A stretch of DNA of 32,000 nt, taken from assembly GCF_016127575.1 (NCBI RefSeq), contig NZ_CP066018.1, forward strand, positions 1,890,001-1,922,000, read 5' to 3'. The translations under genes were made by a program, and so were the position numbers. The DNA comes from Cupriavidus necator. GTDB taxonomy: Bacteria; Pseudomonadota; Gammaproteobacteria; Burkholderiales; Burkholderiaceae. The notes under the pieces were generated by a model. It had not been told where the DNA came from, did no database searches, and worked only from the letters and a program-made list of their open reading frames with translations. This document shows positions 7,963-16,127 of this stretch, piece by piece (positions within the stretch are counted from its first letter, which is position 1; the number at the start of each line of letters is the position of its first letter).

Positions 7963-9384
7963 GTGAAACCTGCTGAATTGCTTTGGCGCTGGAGCGCTGT
8001 CGATATTGCCGATGCCGTGCGGCGGCGCGAGATTTCCTGCCGCGAGGTCACGGCCAGCGTGCTGGCCCGCATCGATGCCCTTAACCCTCGCCTGAATGCG
8101 TTGCCGGAGGTGCTGGCAGAAGAGGCGCTGGCCAGCGCGGATGCCGCGGACCGCCAGGTCGCTGAGGGCGCAGAGCTGGGGCCGCTCCATGGCGTGCCGG
8201 TCACGATCAAGATCAATGTCGACCAGGCCGGCCATGCCACCACCAACGGCGTGATCCCGCTGAAGCACAACATTGCGCGTGAGGATGCCCCCGTGGTTGC
8301 GAACCTGCGTAGTGCCGGGGCCATCATCGTCGGGCGCAGCAATACGGCTACCTATTCCTCGCGCTGGTTTACCGACAACGGCCTGCACGGGCGCACGCTG
8401 AACCCGTGGGATGCGGATATCACCCCCGGCGGCTCCAGCGGCGGTGCCGCGTCCGCGGTCGCTTCCGGCATGGGGGCGCTGGCGCATGGCAATGACATCG
8501 GCGGCTCCATTCGCTATCCGGCCTATGCCTGCGGTGTCGTCGGCTTGCGGCCGACGACCGGGCGGGTGCCCGCGTACAACCCGTCGGCCACTGCCGAGCG
8601 CAGCATCACGCCACAACTCATGTCCGTGCAGGGGCCGCTTGCGCGCAGCATTGCCGACCTGCGGCTCGGCTACCACGCCATGGCCCGCTATGACGGGCGC
8701 GACCCGGCATGGGTGCCGGTGCCGCTGGAACTGCCGCTGCCGCCGGGACCGATACGCGTGGCGCTGTTCCGGCGGTGTCCGGGCGTTCCCGTCGATCCCG
8801 CGGTCAGCGCGGCGCTGGACAGTGCCGGGCAATGGCTGCAGCAAGCGGGCTACGCCGTCGAAGAAGCCAGGCTGCCTGACTTCATGGAAGCGGCAGCGCT
8901 GTGGCGCACGCTGACGGTCGACGACAGCCGCCGCAACATCATCGCAGGCGTTGACCAGCATGGCGACGACGCCATGCGGCAAAGCCAGCGCAACATGCTG
9001 GACGGGATGCAGGAGACCGACCGCGATGGCTTTCTCGATGCCCTGGCGCGACGCCAGGCGATCGCACGCAACTGGTCGCTGTTCATGCAAACGTATCCGC
9101 TGGTGCTGATGCCGGTGTCGTGGCAGCGCCCGAGCGTGCAAGACGCGGATACCCGCACGCCCGAAGAGAACCGGGCCTTGCTGGACGCACAGAGCCCCAT
9201 GCTGGCAACAGCGATGCTCGGCATGCCGGGGCTGTCCGTGCCGACTGGCATGGCCGGCGGCGTGCCGGTCGGCGTGCAGCTGATGGCATGGCGCTTCCGC
9301 GAAGACCTGTTGCTGCGAGCCGGCCAGGCCATTGAGGACGCGGCGCGTTTTACCCCTTATAGCGACCTGCAAACCGGCATCTAG
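7963..9384 (+). CDS. amidase (amidase-signature family)
   Basis: GTG start with a GGGAG SD. GGSSGGAASAVASG signature plus the conserved K (VTIKINV). Confidence 0.9.
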   Translation: MKPAELLWRWSAVDIADAVRRREISCREVTASVLARIDALNPRLNALPEVLAEEALASADAADRQVAEGAELGPLHGVPVTIKINVDQAGHATTNGVIPLKHNIAREDAPVVANLRSAGAIIVGRSNTATYSSRWFTDNGLHGRTLNPWDADITPGGSSGGAASAVASGMGALAHGNDIGGSIRYPAYACGVVGLRPTTGRVPAYNPSATAERSITPQLMSVQGPLARSIADLRLGYHAMARYDGRDPAWVPVPLELPLPPGPIRVALFRRCPGVPVDPAVSAALDSAGQWLQQAGYAVEEARLPDFMEAAALWRTLTVDDSRRNIIAGVDQHGDDAMRQSQRNMLDGMQETDRDGFLDALARRQAIARNWSLFMQTYPLVLMPVSWQRPSVQDADTRTPEENRALLDAQSPMLATAMLGMPGLSVPTGMAGGVPVGVQLMAWRFREDLLLRAGQAIEDAARFTPYSDLQTGI

Positions 9385-9399
9385 ACCCAGGAGCTTCCC

Positions 9400-10404
9400 A
9401 TGAACGAACGCAAACCTGCTTACGCCCCACGGCTGTCGCGCCGCGCCATGCTGGCCGGCACCGCCGCCGCTCTGTGTACCGGTGGCCTGCTCTCCAGGGC
9501 CGTATGGGGGCAGTCCGTATCGCGCATCATCGTGCCGTTTCCGCCGGGAGGGCCGGCCGACTACATGGGCCGCCTGCTGTCCGAGAAGCTGAAAGATGCC
9601 ATGGGCCGTACCGTCATCGTCGACAACCGCCCCGGTGCCGGGACGCGCGTGGCGGCCGAAATGCTGAAGAACGCCCCGGCCGACGGCACCACCGTGCTGC
9701 TGGCACCTGTCGATCCGATGTTCATCGGGCCGCTGATCTACAGCAATATGCGCTTCAACCCCGCCACCGACTTCACGGCGATCACCGATGTGACGGGCGT
9801 CCAGTTCGGTATTGCAGTCAGCGCCAGCTCACCCATCAAGACACTGGCCGACTTCGTCAAGGCCGCCAGGGCCAAGCCGGCTGACTATTCGATCGGCATC
9901 AGCACGGTTGGCTCGCTGCTGCATTTCCTTGCCGTGGAGTTCGTCAGCCAGTCGCGCACCGGCAGTACGCTGGTACCGTATCGCGGTGGCGCGGCGATGG
10001 TGACGGAAATAATGGGTAACCAGGTCGCGGCGGGCATGGACGCCATCACGAGCTTCACCGAACTGCATCGCGGCGGCAAGCTCCGCGTGCTGGCCGTGGC
10101 AGGGGAAAAGCGCGCTGATGCCTTGCCGGATGTGCCTACGTTTGCGGAGTCTGGTTTCCCCAACCTGGTGACCTCGTCGCGCTACCTGCTTTATGTCCGC
10201 GCCAACACGCCGCCCGACGTGACCACGCAGTGGTATCAGGCCGTGCGCAAGGTGCTGGCCATGCCGGATGTGCGCGAAAAGCTCGCGCGCGCTGGCTATG
10301 ACATCTTGCCGGGCGGCACTGCTGATGAGGTTGCCAGGTATGCGAGCGCGCTTTCGGCACGGTGGACGCCGGTGATCAAGGCGTCGGGTTTCAAGGGGGA
10401 TTGA
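9400..10404 (+). CDS. Bug-family tripartite tricarboxylate transporter substrate-binding protein (TctC-like)
   Basis: Tat/Sec-like signal (RRAMLAGTAAAL) and Bug hallmarks: IIVPFPPGGPADYMGRLL, NRPGAGT, LVPYRGGA. Confidence 0.9.
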   Translation: MNERKPAYAPRLSRRAMLAGTAAALCTGGLLSRAVWGQSVSRIIVPFPPGGPADYMGRLLSEKLKDAMGRTVIVDNRPGAGTRVAAEMLKNAPADGTTVLLAPVDPMFIGPLIYSNMRFNPATDFTAITDVTGVQFGIAVSASSPIKTLADFVKAARAKPADYSIGISTVGSLLHFLAVEFVSQSRTGSTLVPYRGGAAMVTEIMGNQVAAGMDAITSFTELHRGGKLRVLAVAGEKRADALPDVPTFAESGFPNLVTSSRYLLYVRANTPPDVTTQWYQAVRKVLAMPDVREKLARAGYDILPGGTADEVARYASALSARWTPVIKASGFKGD

Positions 10405-10478
10405 GAGGAATTTCGTAGCCGCACCCCAAACTCGGCTGGAGACGATTTCCATTTGTGTCAGCTTGCTGGAGAATTCCC

Positions 10479-10514
10479 GCGGCACCCTCCTCCTGTAGGG
10501 TGCCGCTTTGTATT
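10479..10514 (+). terminator. rho-independent terminator after the Bug gene
   Basis: GCGGCACCCT (10479-10488) pairs perfectly with AGGGTGCCGC (10497-10506), then TTTGTATT. Confidence 0.7.
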
Positions 10515-10668
10515 AAGCATGTCTGTCCCAGTGTCGTAATTGGCCTCAGAAGACAACCTGGGCGGCGCCAAGGGAAAGTGCCAATGGCGCCGCATCGTGC
10601 CGACTGGCGCAATTGCTGTGGCTCGCAGCCGCTCAGGCTGCGAGCCATACACCCGAGCGTATCCAGCC

Positions 10669-11076
10669 ATGACCTCCTTCTCTTTCCGCGCCCGCCGCCT
10701 GTGGCTCGCCACAGGCTTTGGCCTGGCACTCTCCGCCTGCGCCCCGATGATCGCGACCACCCCGGCAACGGTGGAGCTCATGCAGCCAGCCGCCACGGCC
10801 AAGCGCGTCCAGCTTCTGGCGCCGGCGCAGGTCAAGCTCGACACCGGCTATTCCCGAGACCTCGCTGCCAGGTCGACCTGGTCGCAGGTCGGGCGCCTCC
10901 CGCAAGGCGATGTCTACCGCCCCATCGGCACCATTCTCACAATCGAGGGCCGCCATGTTCACGAGGCCTACCTGGTCGTCCGCAACAAGACGCTGGTGGG
11001 CTTCTATCTGCCTGGGGAGCAGAACTACTCCCCGCTAACGACAGCAGTACCTTTGAACTTGGGAGAATCGGAATGA
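10669..11076 (+). CDS. hypothetical lipoprotein
   Basis: ATG at 10669 inside ORF 10540..11076. Lipobox LALSAC. The stop overlaps the next start (ATGA). Confidence 0.6.
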   Translation: MTSFSFRARRLWLATGFGLALSACAPMIATTPATVELMQPAATAKRVQLLAPAQVKLDTGYSRDLAARSTWSQVGRLPQGDVYRPIGTILTIEGRHVHEAYLVVRNKTLVGFYLPGEQNYSPLTTAVPLNLGESE

Positions 11077-11531
11077 AACGGGTTGCGCGCATGCTGATCG
11101 CCGGACTGGCGGTGTCATCGCTGCTGGCGGGATGCGCTTCGGGCGTGAAGCACGCCGAGATGGCGGCATCGATGCCCACGCTGAAGCCGGGCGAGGGTCG
11201 GATTTATTTCCTGCGTTCGGCGTCGATGTTCGGGGCGGCCATCCAGCCGGATATCCGCCTGAATAGCCAGGTCGTTGGCGAATCCAAGCCCGGCGGTTTC
11301 TTCTTCGTGGACCGCACGGCTGGCAAGTATGTCGCGGCGGCCTCGACCGAAACCGAGAAGACACTCAGCTTCGTGCTGGATGCCGGCGAGACCAAGTACG
11401 TGCGCAGCTCGCCGTCGCTGGGGCTGATGGTGGGCCGCGTGGTGCTGGAGCTGGAAACGCCGGAGAAGGCGAAGGAAGAGCTGGCGTCGCTGAGCTACAC
11501 GGGGGACCAGGTGAAGACTGCGGCGAAGTAA
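11073..11531 (+). CDS. lipoprotein, DUF2846-like
   Basis: ATG at 11073 with a GGGAG SD. Lipobox LLAGC. GRIYFLR...FFFVD...GKY...YVR pattern as in DUF2846 proteins. The N-terminal 206 codons of ORF 10455..11531 are ignored. Confidence 0.7.
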   Translation: MKRVARMLIAGLAVSSLLAGCASGVKHAEMAASMPTLKPGEGRIYFLRSASMFGAAIQPDIRLNSQVVGESKPGGFFFVDRTAGKYVAAASTETEKTLSFVLDAGETKYVRSSPSLGLMVGRVVLELETPEKAKEELASLSYTGDQVKTAAK

Positions 11532-11699
11532 GCGGATTGATTCAGCCGCGTTGCAGGCTGAGTCGCGTTGACGACGCCGGTGCGTCGTCAATTGACGCAT
11601 CGGAATTCCGCATGGCTTGCGGCTCAGCGCGGGCCTATCAACGTAGGCGGGGCACCTCCTCGTGATGTTGGCAAAGCAGGGTTGCGCCACCCTTTTTAT

Positions 11700-11717
11700 T
11701 GTAGTAACGTAACTACA
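11700..11717. promoter_or_regulatory. 18-nt near-palindrome TGTAGTAACGTAACTACA, candidate antitoxin operator
   Basis: TGTAGT-A-ACGT-A-ACTACA lies 24 nt upstream of the antitoxin ATG, in an AT-rich promoter-like patch. Type II TA operons are typically autoregulated at such palindromes. Confidence 0.4.
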
Positions 11718-11740
11718 TTGAAGTTGCTAGGAGGGTCATC

Positions 11741-11995
11741 ATGACGATCACAACCCTATCGAGCCGAGAACTCAATCAGGACGTGACAAAAGCCAAGAAG
11801 GCGACGAAGGACGGTCCGGTCTTCATCACGGACCGCGGCAAACCGGCGCATGTGCTGTTGAGCTTCGAGGAATATCAGAGGCTCACCCAGCAGCGTCGCA
11901 ATATTGCAGATGCACTCGCGATGCCCGGCATTGAGGACATCGAGTTCAATCCGCCACGTGCCAACATCAAATTCCGGCCCGCTGATCTCACATGA
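11741..11995 (+). CDS. Phd/YefM-type antitoxin of a VapBC-like module
   Basis: AGGAGG SD. VFITDRGKPAHVLLSFEEYQRL. ATGA overlap with the toxin gene. Confidence 0.85.
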   Translation: MTITTLSSRELNQDVTKAKKATKDGPVFITDRGKPAHVLLSFEEYQRLTQQRRNIADALAMPGIEDIEFNPPRANIKFRPADLT

Positions 11996-12414
11996 TGTTC
12001 GTGCTCGATACCAATGTCGTTTCCGAACTGCGCAAGGTCCGAGCCGGTAAGGCTGATGCAAACGTTGCAGCGTGGTCTGCCAGCGTTGATGCAGCTTGGC
12101 TCTTTGTGTCGGCGGTCACCATCATGGAACTGGAAACCGGTGTCTTGCAAATCGAGCGGCGGGATGCCCGCCAAGGTGCGCTGCTGCGGGCGTGGCTGGA
12201 CCACCATGTATTGCCCGAATTCGCAGGCCGCGTTTTGCCCATTGATACCGCCGTGGCCCTGCGTTGCGCTCGGCTGCACGTACCAGACCGGCAATCGGAG
12301 CGGGATGCGTTGATTGCCGCAACAGCAATCGTGCATGGAATGACCGTCGTTACACAAAATGTCGCCGACTTCATGGCAACTGGCGTGAGCGTCCTGAACC
12401 CTTGGGACGCCTGA
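11992..12414 (+). CDS. vapC: PIN-domain ribonuclease toxin (VapC/FitB-like)
   Basis: MMFVLDTNVVSE...TIMELETG...DALIAATAIVHGMTVVTQNVADF carries the acidic PIN residues in the usual spacing. Confidence 0.9.
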   Translation: MMFVLDTNVVSELRKVRAGKADANVAAWSASVDAAWLFVSAVTIMELETGVLQIERRDARQGALLRAWLDHHVLPEFAGRVLPIDTAVALRCARLHVPDRQSERDALIAATAIVHGMTVVTQNVADFMATGVSVLNPWDA

Positions 12415-12693
12415 TCGTGAGCCGCCGTCTTTTCCCAAGGAGCTTCCCGACATCACAGTCATCAAGCCGGGAAGCCATCCCCGTTAAGACGCAGGCAGCT
12501 CATCCGCCAACACACTCTCCAGCTGCGCCTTCACCAGCCCCAACAAGCAAAATGCACTAAAGCAGCCCTCGAATTGCACACTCTGCTGTTCCAGCAGGGT
12601 AAGCACACCATCCATACCAGCCGAGACTGACTGAAGGCTGTACCGCGCCGTGGATAGATCGATTTCCGACTAGGACCTCCTATCGTTGAGTGA

Positions 12694-12879
12694 AGGTCCG
12701 CCGCACGACGTTAGGGAAGGGCGGCGGGCCTGACGACGAGGGTGGAAACCGGTGCCACAGCCATTGCCGGTCAGCCTTGCGGCTGCCTCATCCGGCCCGC
12801 CATAGATGGCTTGCCCGTATAGGCAAGAACGGTCGTCAGGGACGACCGTCCGGCTGCTGACATTCGGGTTTCCACACCC
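12694..12879. other. unassigned, densely base-paired non-coding element (possible structured RNA; strand unresolved)
   Basis: Stems verified by hand. 12694-12704/12721-12731 (11 bp, one G.T). 12740-12750/12867-12879 (11 bp, 2-nt bulge) encloses hairpins 12772-12776/12781-12785, 12810-12815/12822-12827 and 12829-12837/12841-12849 (9 bp perfect). No convincing ORF. Confidence 0.3.
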
Positions 12880-13022
12880 GGTCACCGTTGTGTGCGATGA
12901 CCGTGTCAGTCTCACGCGTCAGAGCCAACAACTCGATAAGACACTTCGCATTCCTACACGGACGCCGCATCCTGCCCGAGCCACGCCCGCCAGCAAATAG
13001 CCAAACGCCTAAACCACTCGCC

Positions 13023-14429
13023 TCAATCCACCAGCGTCGCCAATGCCTCCCGCGCCTCCCGGCGCAGCTTCTCCAGATCCAGCCCCACGATCGCGCCATC
13101 ACGCACCACGTGCCGCCCGCGCACCAGCACATCCCGCACCGGCGTAGGCTCGCCAGCCGCCACAGGCGCAGTGCCGATGTCATGGAAGCCATGGAACCGC
13201 AGCCCGCTGACGTCATAGATCGCCAGGTCGGCAGACTGCCCTGGCGCGAGCGTGCCGATACCCGGCAGCCCCAGCACCTGCGCACCGCCTGCGGTACCCC
13301 AGTGGATGACTTCCTCCACGCGGGTTTGCGCGGCCCCGCCCAGCGCCCGGTGCACCAGCCACGCGAAATTGGCCTCATGCACCATGCTGCCCGATTCATT
13401 GGACGCCACTCCATCCACGCCCAGTGAAATCGGCACGCCCGCATCGGCCATCGCGCGCACTGGCGCAATGCCGCTGCCGAGCCGCGCATTGCTGACGGGG
13501 CAGTGCGCCATGCCGGTGTTGGTTACGGCGAGCATTCGGATCTCTTCGGGATTCACGGTGACCAGGTGCGCGAACCAGACGTCCGGCCCCAGCCAGTCGT
13601 GGTCGGCCACGAACTGCACCGGCGTGCACTGGTACTTCTCGCGGCAGAACTTCACGTAGTTGTCGGTCTCCGACAGGTGCGAATGCAGCCGCAGGTCCAT
13701 GCCGCGCCCGAAGGCGGCCAGCTCGCGCAGCAGTGCGGGGGGCAGCGAAAAGGTTGGCGTCGTTGGTGCGACCACTACGCGGCGCAGGCCATCGGCCGAA
13801 GCGTCGTGATAGCGCGCCTTCAGTCGCTCGATATCGGCCAGCATCTCGTCCAGCGTCTCGGGCACCAGCGCGGTGGCGCGCATACCCGGATGATCGGAGG
13901 CTGACTGGATGGCGCCGCCGCGGCACAGCACCAGGCGCATGCCAAGCTCTTCCGCTACCTCGAACAGCACGTCCCCGGTCTCCGCCCCATTGCCGTGGTG
14001 ATACAGGTAGTGGTGATCGGCGCAGGTGGTGGTGCCGGACAGCAGCAGTTCGGCCATGCCCAGTCGCACGGCGGTACGAAAGATCTCCGGCGTGAAGCGC
14101 GCCAGGCGCGGGTAGGCGACGGAGGCCAGCCATTGTTCCAGCCCCACGTTCATGCCGCTGGGCACGGCCTTGAGCAGGTTCTGGAACAGGTGGTGGTGGG
14201 TGTTGACCCAGCCCGGGTAGACCACGCAACCGGTGGCGTCCAGCACAGTTTCGTCGCCCTGGCGCAGCAGGCCTGCACCGATCTCGGCGATGCGGCCGTC
14301 GCGGATGCGGATGTCGGCGGCGCCCGCTCGCGCGGCATTGCCGGTGCGGCCGGTCATCACGGCGGCGGCGTTGCGGATCAGAAGGCCGCCGGCGGGCGCG
14401 GCGCTGGTGGCGTTGGTGTTCTGCACCAT
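13023..14429 (-). CDS. amidohydrolase-superfamily aminohydrolase, 8-oxoguanine-deaminase-like
   Basis: PGWVNTHHHLFQNL (HxH metal site), HSHLSET, HCPVSNARLGSGIAP, GVDG. Three nt downstream of the NCS2 permease gene. Confidence 0.8.
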   Translation of the reverse strand: MVQNTNATSAAPAGGLLIRNAAAVMTGRTGNAARAGAADIRIRDGRIAEIGAGLLRQGDETVLDATGCVVYPGWVNTHHHLFQNLLKAVPSGMNVGLEQWLASVAYPRLARFTPEIFRTAVRLGMAELLLSGTTTCADHHYLYHHGNGAETGDVLFEVAEELGMRLVLCRGGAIQSASDHPGMRATALVPETLDEMLADIERLKARYHDASADGLRRVVVAPTTPTFSLPPALLRELAAFGRGMDLRLHSHLSETDNYVKFCREKYQCTPVQFVADHDWLGPDVWFAHLVTVNPEEIRMLAVTNTGMAHCPVSNARLGSGIAPVRAMADAGVPISLGVDGVASNESGSMVHEANFAWLVHRALGGAAQTRVEEVIHWGTAGGAQVLGLPGIGTLAPGQSADLAIYDVSGLRFHGFHDIGTAPVAAGEPTPVRDVLVRGRHVVRDGAIVGLDLEKLRREAREALATLVD

Positions 14430-14432
14430 GTT

Positions 14433-15782
14433 TCAGACCCCTTGGACGTTGTCGGCACTGGCGGGCAGCTCGTCGGCTTCACGGGCGGGCACGCCGTTGA
14501 GAATCAGGTTGAGCAGCACAGAGACCACGCAGGCGATGATCACGCTGCTGTGGACAAAGGGCTGCAGGAAGCCGGGCAGCTTCTCCAGCATGCCGGGCAG
14601 CATCACGGGCATCATCGCGCAGCCGAGCGTGATGGAGACGATGGAGAGGTTGTTGGGATTGCGGTCGTATTCGACCTCTCCCAGCGTCTTGATGCCGGCG
14701 GCCACGACTACGCCGAACATGACCATGGTTGCACCGCCCAGCGCCGCGGCCGGGATCGAGGCAAACAGGGCGCCGATCTTGGGCACCAGCGCTACGGCGC
14801 ACAGCATCGCGCCGCAGGTGGCCACTACCCAGCGGCTGCGCACCCCGGTGACGATGACCAGGCCCACGTTCTCCATGAAGGCGATATACGGGAACGCCGC
14901 GAACATGCCGCCGATGGCGCTGGCCAGGCCGTTGGCACGCAGGCCGCGGGTGGCATCGCGCTCGGTCAGGGGGCGCTTGACGATATCGCCGACGGCGATG
15001 AACAGGCCCATCGATTCCACCATCTGCACCACCATCACGATCACCATGGTGGTGATGGCGCCCACGTTGAAGGTGGGCATGCCGAAGGCAAACGGCGTCA
15101 CCATGGTGAACCACGGTGCGCGCGCGACTTCGTCGAAGCTGCCCATGCCCAGCATCCACGCCACCGCGCCGCCGACCAGCAGGCCGATCACGACGGACAG
15201 GTTGCGGATCAGCTCGCCGCCGTGCCGGTTGATGAACAGGATCAGCGCCACCACGCCGAAGGCAACGATGAAAAAAATGGGGGCGCCGAAATCCGACGCC
15301 CCCCTTCCGCCTCCAAACCAGTGAAACGAAACCGGGAACAGCGACAGGCCCACCGCGGTGATGGTGCAACCGCTAACCACCGGCGGGAAGAAGCGCTTGA
15401 GCTTGCCAATGATCGGCGCAAGGAACATCGCGATTACGCCCGCGGCGATGATGGCGCCGCAGACGCCGTTGAAGCCCAGCGACGGATCGGCGCCAATGGC
15501 GATGACGGGGCCCACTGAACTGAATGCAACGCCCTGCATCAGCGGCAGGCGCACGCCGAACTTCCAGAAGCCGACGGTCTGCAGCAGGGTGGCGATGCCG
15601 GAGGTGAACAGCGCGGTGCTGATCAGCATGGTGGTCTGCGCCGGCGTCATCTTGAGTGCGCCGGCCACGATCATCGGCACGGCGATGGCACCGAGATAAC
15701 TGACCAGCATGTGCTGGAAGCCGAGCGTCGCCATGGCGCGTGCCGGCAGGACCTGGTCGACGGGGTGAACCGCTGCTTGCAT
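14433..15782 (-). CDS. NCS2-family nucleobase:cation symporter (xanthine/uracil permease-like)
   Basis: ATG at 15782 with a GGAGA SD (the ORF track extends to 15923). HPVDQVLP...LGFQHMLVSYLGAIAVPMI, multi-TM, and the NCS2 signature region FAAFPYIAFMENVGLVIVTGVRSRWV. Confidence 0.85.
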   Translation of the reverse strand: MQAAVHPVDQVLPARAMATLGFQHMLVSYLGAIAVPMIVAGALKMTPAQTTMLISTALFTSGIATLLQTVGFWKFGVRLPLMQGVAFSSVGPVIAIGADPSLGFNGVCGAIIAAGVIAMFLAPIIGKLKRFFPPVVSGCTITAVGLSLFPVSFHWFGGGRGASDFGAPIFFIVAFGVVALILFINRHGGELIRNLSVVIGLLVGGAVAWMLGMGSFDEVARAPWFTMVTPFAFGMPTFNVGAITTMVIVMVVQMVESMGLFIAVGDIVKRPLTERDATRGLRANGLASAIGGMFAAFPYIAFMENVGLVIVTGVRSRWVVATCGAMLCAVALVPKIGALFASIPAAALGGATMVMFGVVVAAGIKTLGEVEYDRNPNNLSIVSITLGCAMMPVMLPGMLEKLPGFLQPFVHSSVIIACVVSVLLNLILNGVPAREADELPASADNVQGV

Positions 15783-16127
15783 GATGTTGTCTCCTGCCGC
15801 GTGCTGGGGGAAAGTGCGCCATGCCGGCGGCGGCTGGCCCGGTCTGTTGGTTGCCGGGCTCGGTCCGTCACGGTGCCATGCGCGGCGCATGGCCGACGCA
15901 TGCCTTGCACAGTAGTGATGCACGGCATGCCGTCATAGCGCTATTGCGAAGGCCCTGGCACCGGGCCGCAATCGCGCTTGCAAAATGCGCGCCCGGGGCA
16001 TCAGGGGTTTCCCTTGGGTTGCGTGAGGGCGGGGGTGGTCATAGGATGGATGCGCTTCTTCATTGCTATCCGAATGCGCCGGAAGCGAAGACGTATTCCC
16101 GGCGCTTTCCACCATTTTCCCAACGCC

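Noticed and set aside
10455-11072. N-terminal 206 codons of ORF 10455..11531. The same issue applies to the 5' extensions of ORFs 22847..25507, 21103..22584, 17174..18649, 14433..15923, 15978..16127, 6855..7079 and 942..1022.
   Set aside because: The extensions are non-protein-like and overlap upstream genes or terminators. Internal ATG/GTG codons with good Shine-Dalgarno sequences coincide with the start of family similarity.
12714-12770. Cobalamin-riboswitch-like strings on the plus strand (AGGGAAG ... GGTGGAAACCGGTGCCACAG).
   Set aside because: There is no B12 box (AGCCAGGAGACCTGCC-like). The GGTGGAAACC segment pairs with a distant partner (12867-12879), not in the local stem-loop expected for the riboswitch. 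No plus-strand gene lies downstream.
12760-12800. SRP-RNA-like or hammerhead-like motif on the minus strand (GGCCGGAUGAGGCAGCCGCAAGGCUGACCGG).
   Set aside because: The SRP domain IV internal loops and the GGAA tetraloop context are absent, because the helix is a plain perfect stem. The hammerhead core fails: CGGAUGAG rather than CUGAUGAG, with no GAAA after stem II.
2309-13022. A bounded tRNA-Thr-integrated genomic island (integrase plus a direct repeat of the tRNA 3' end).
   Set aside because: No integrase or recombinase ORF was found. Reading the intergenic regions, I could not find a repeat of the tRNA 3' half (GGTTCGAGTCCTGCAGCCGGCACCA). The region is therefore described only as accessory or variable, with undefined boundaries.
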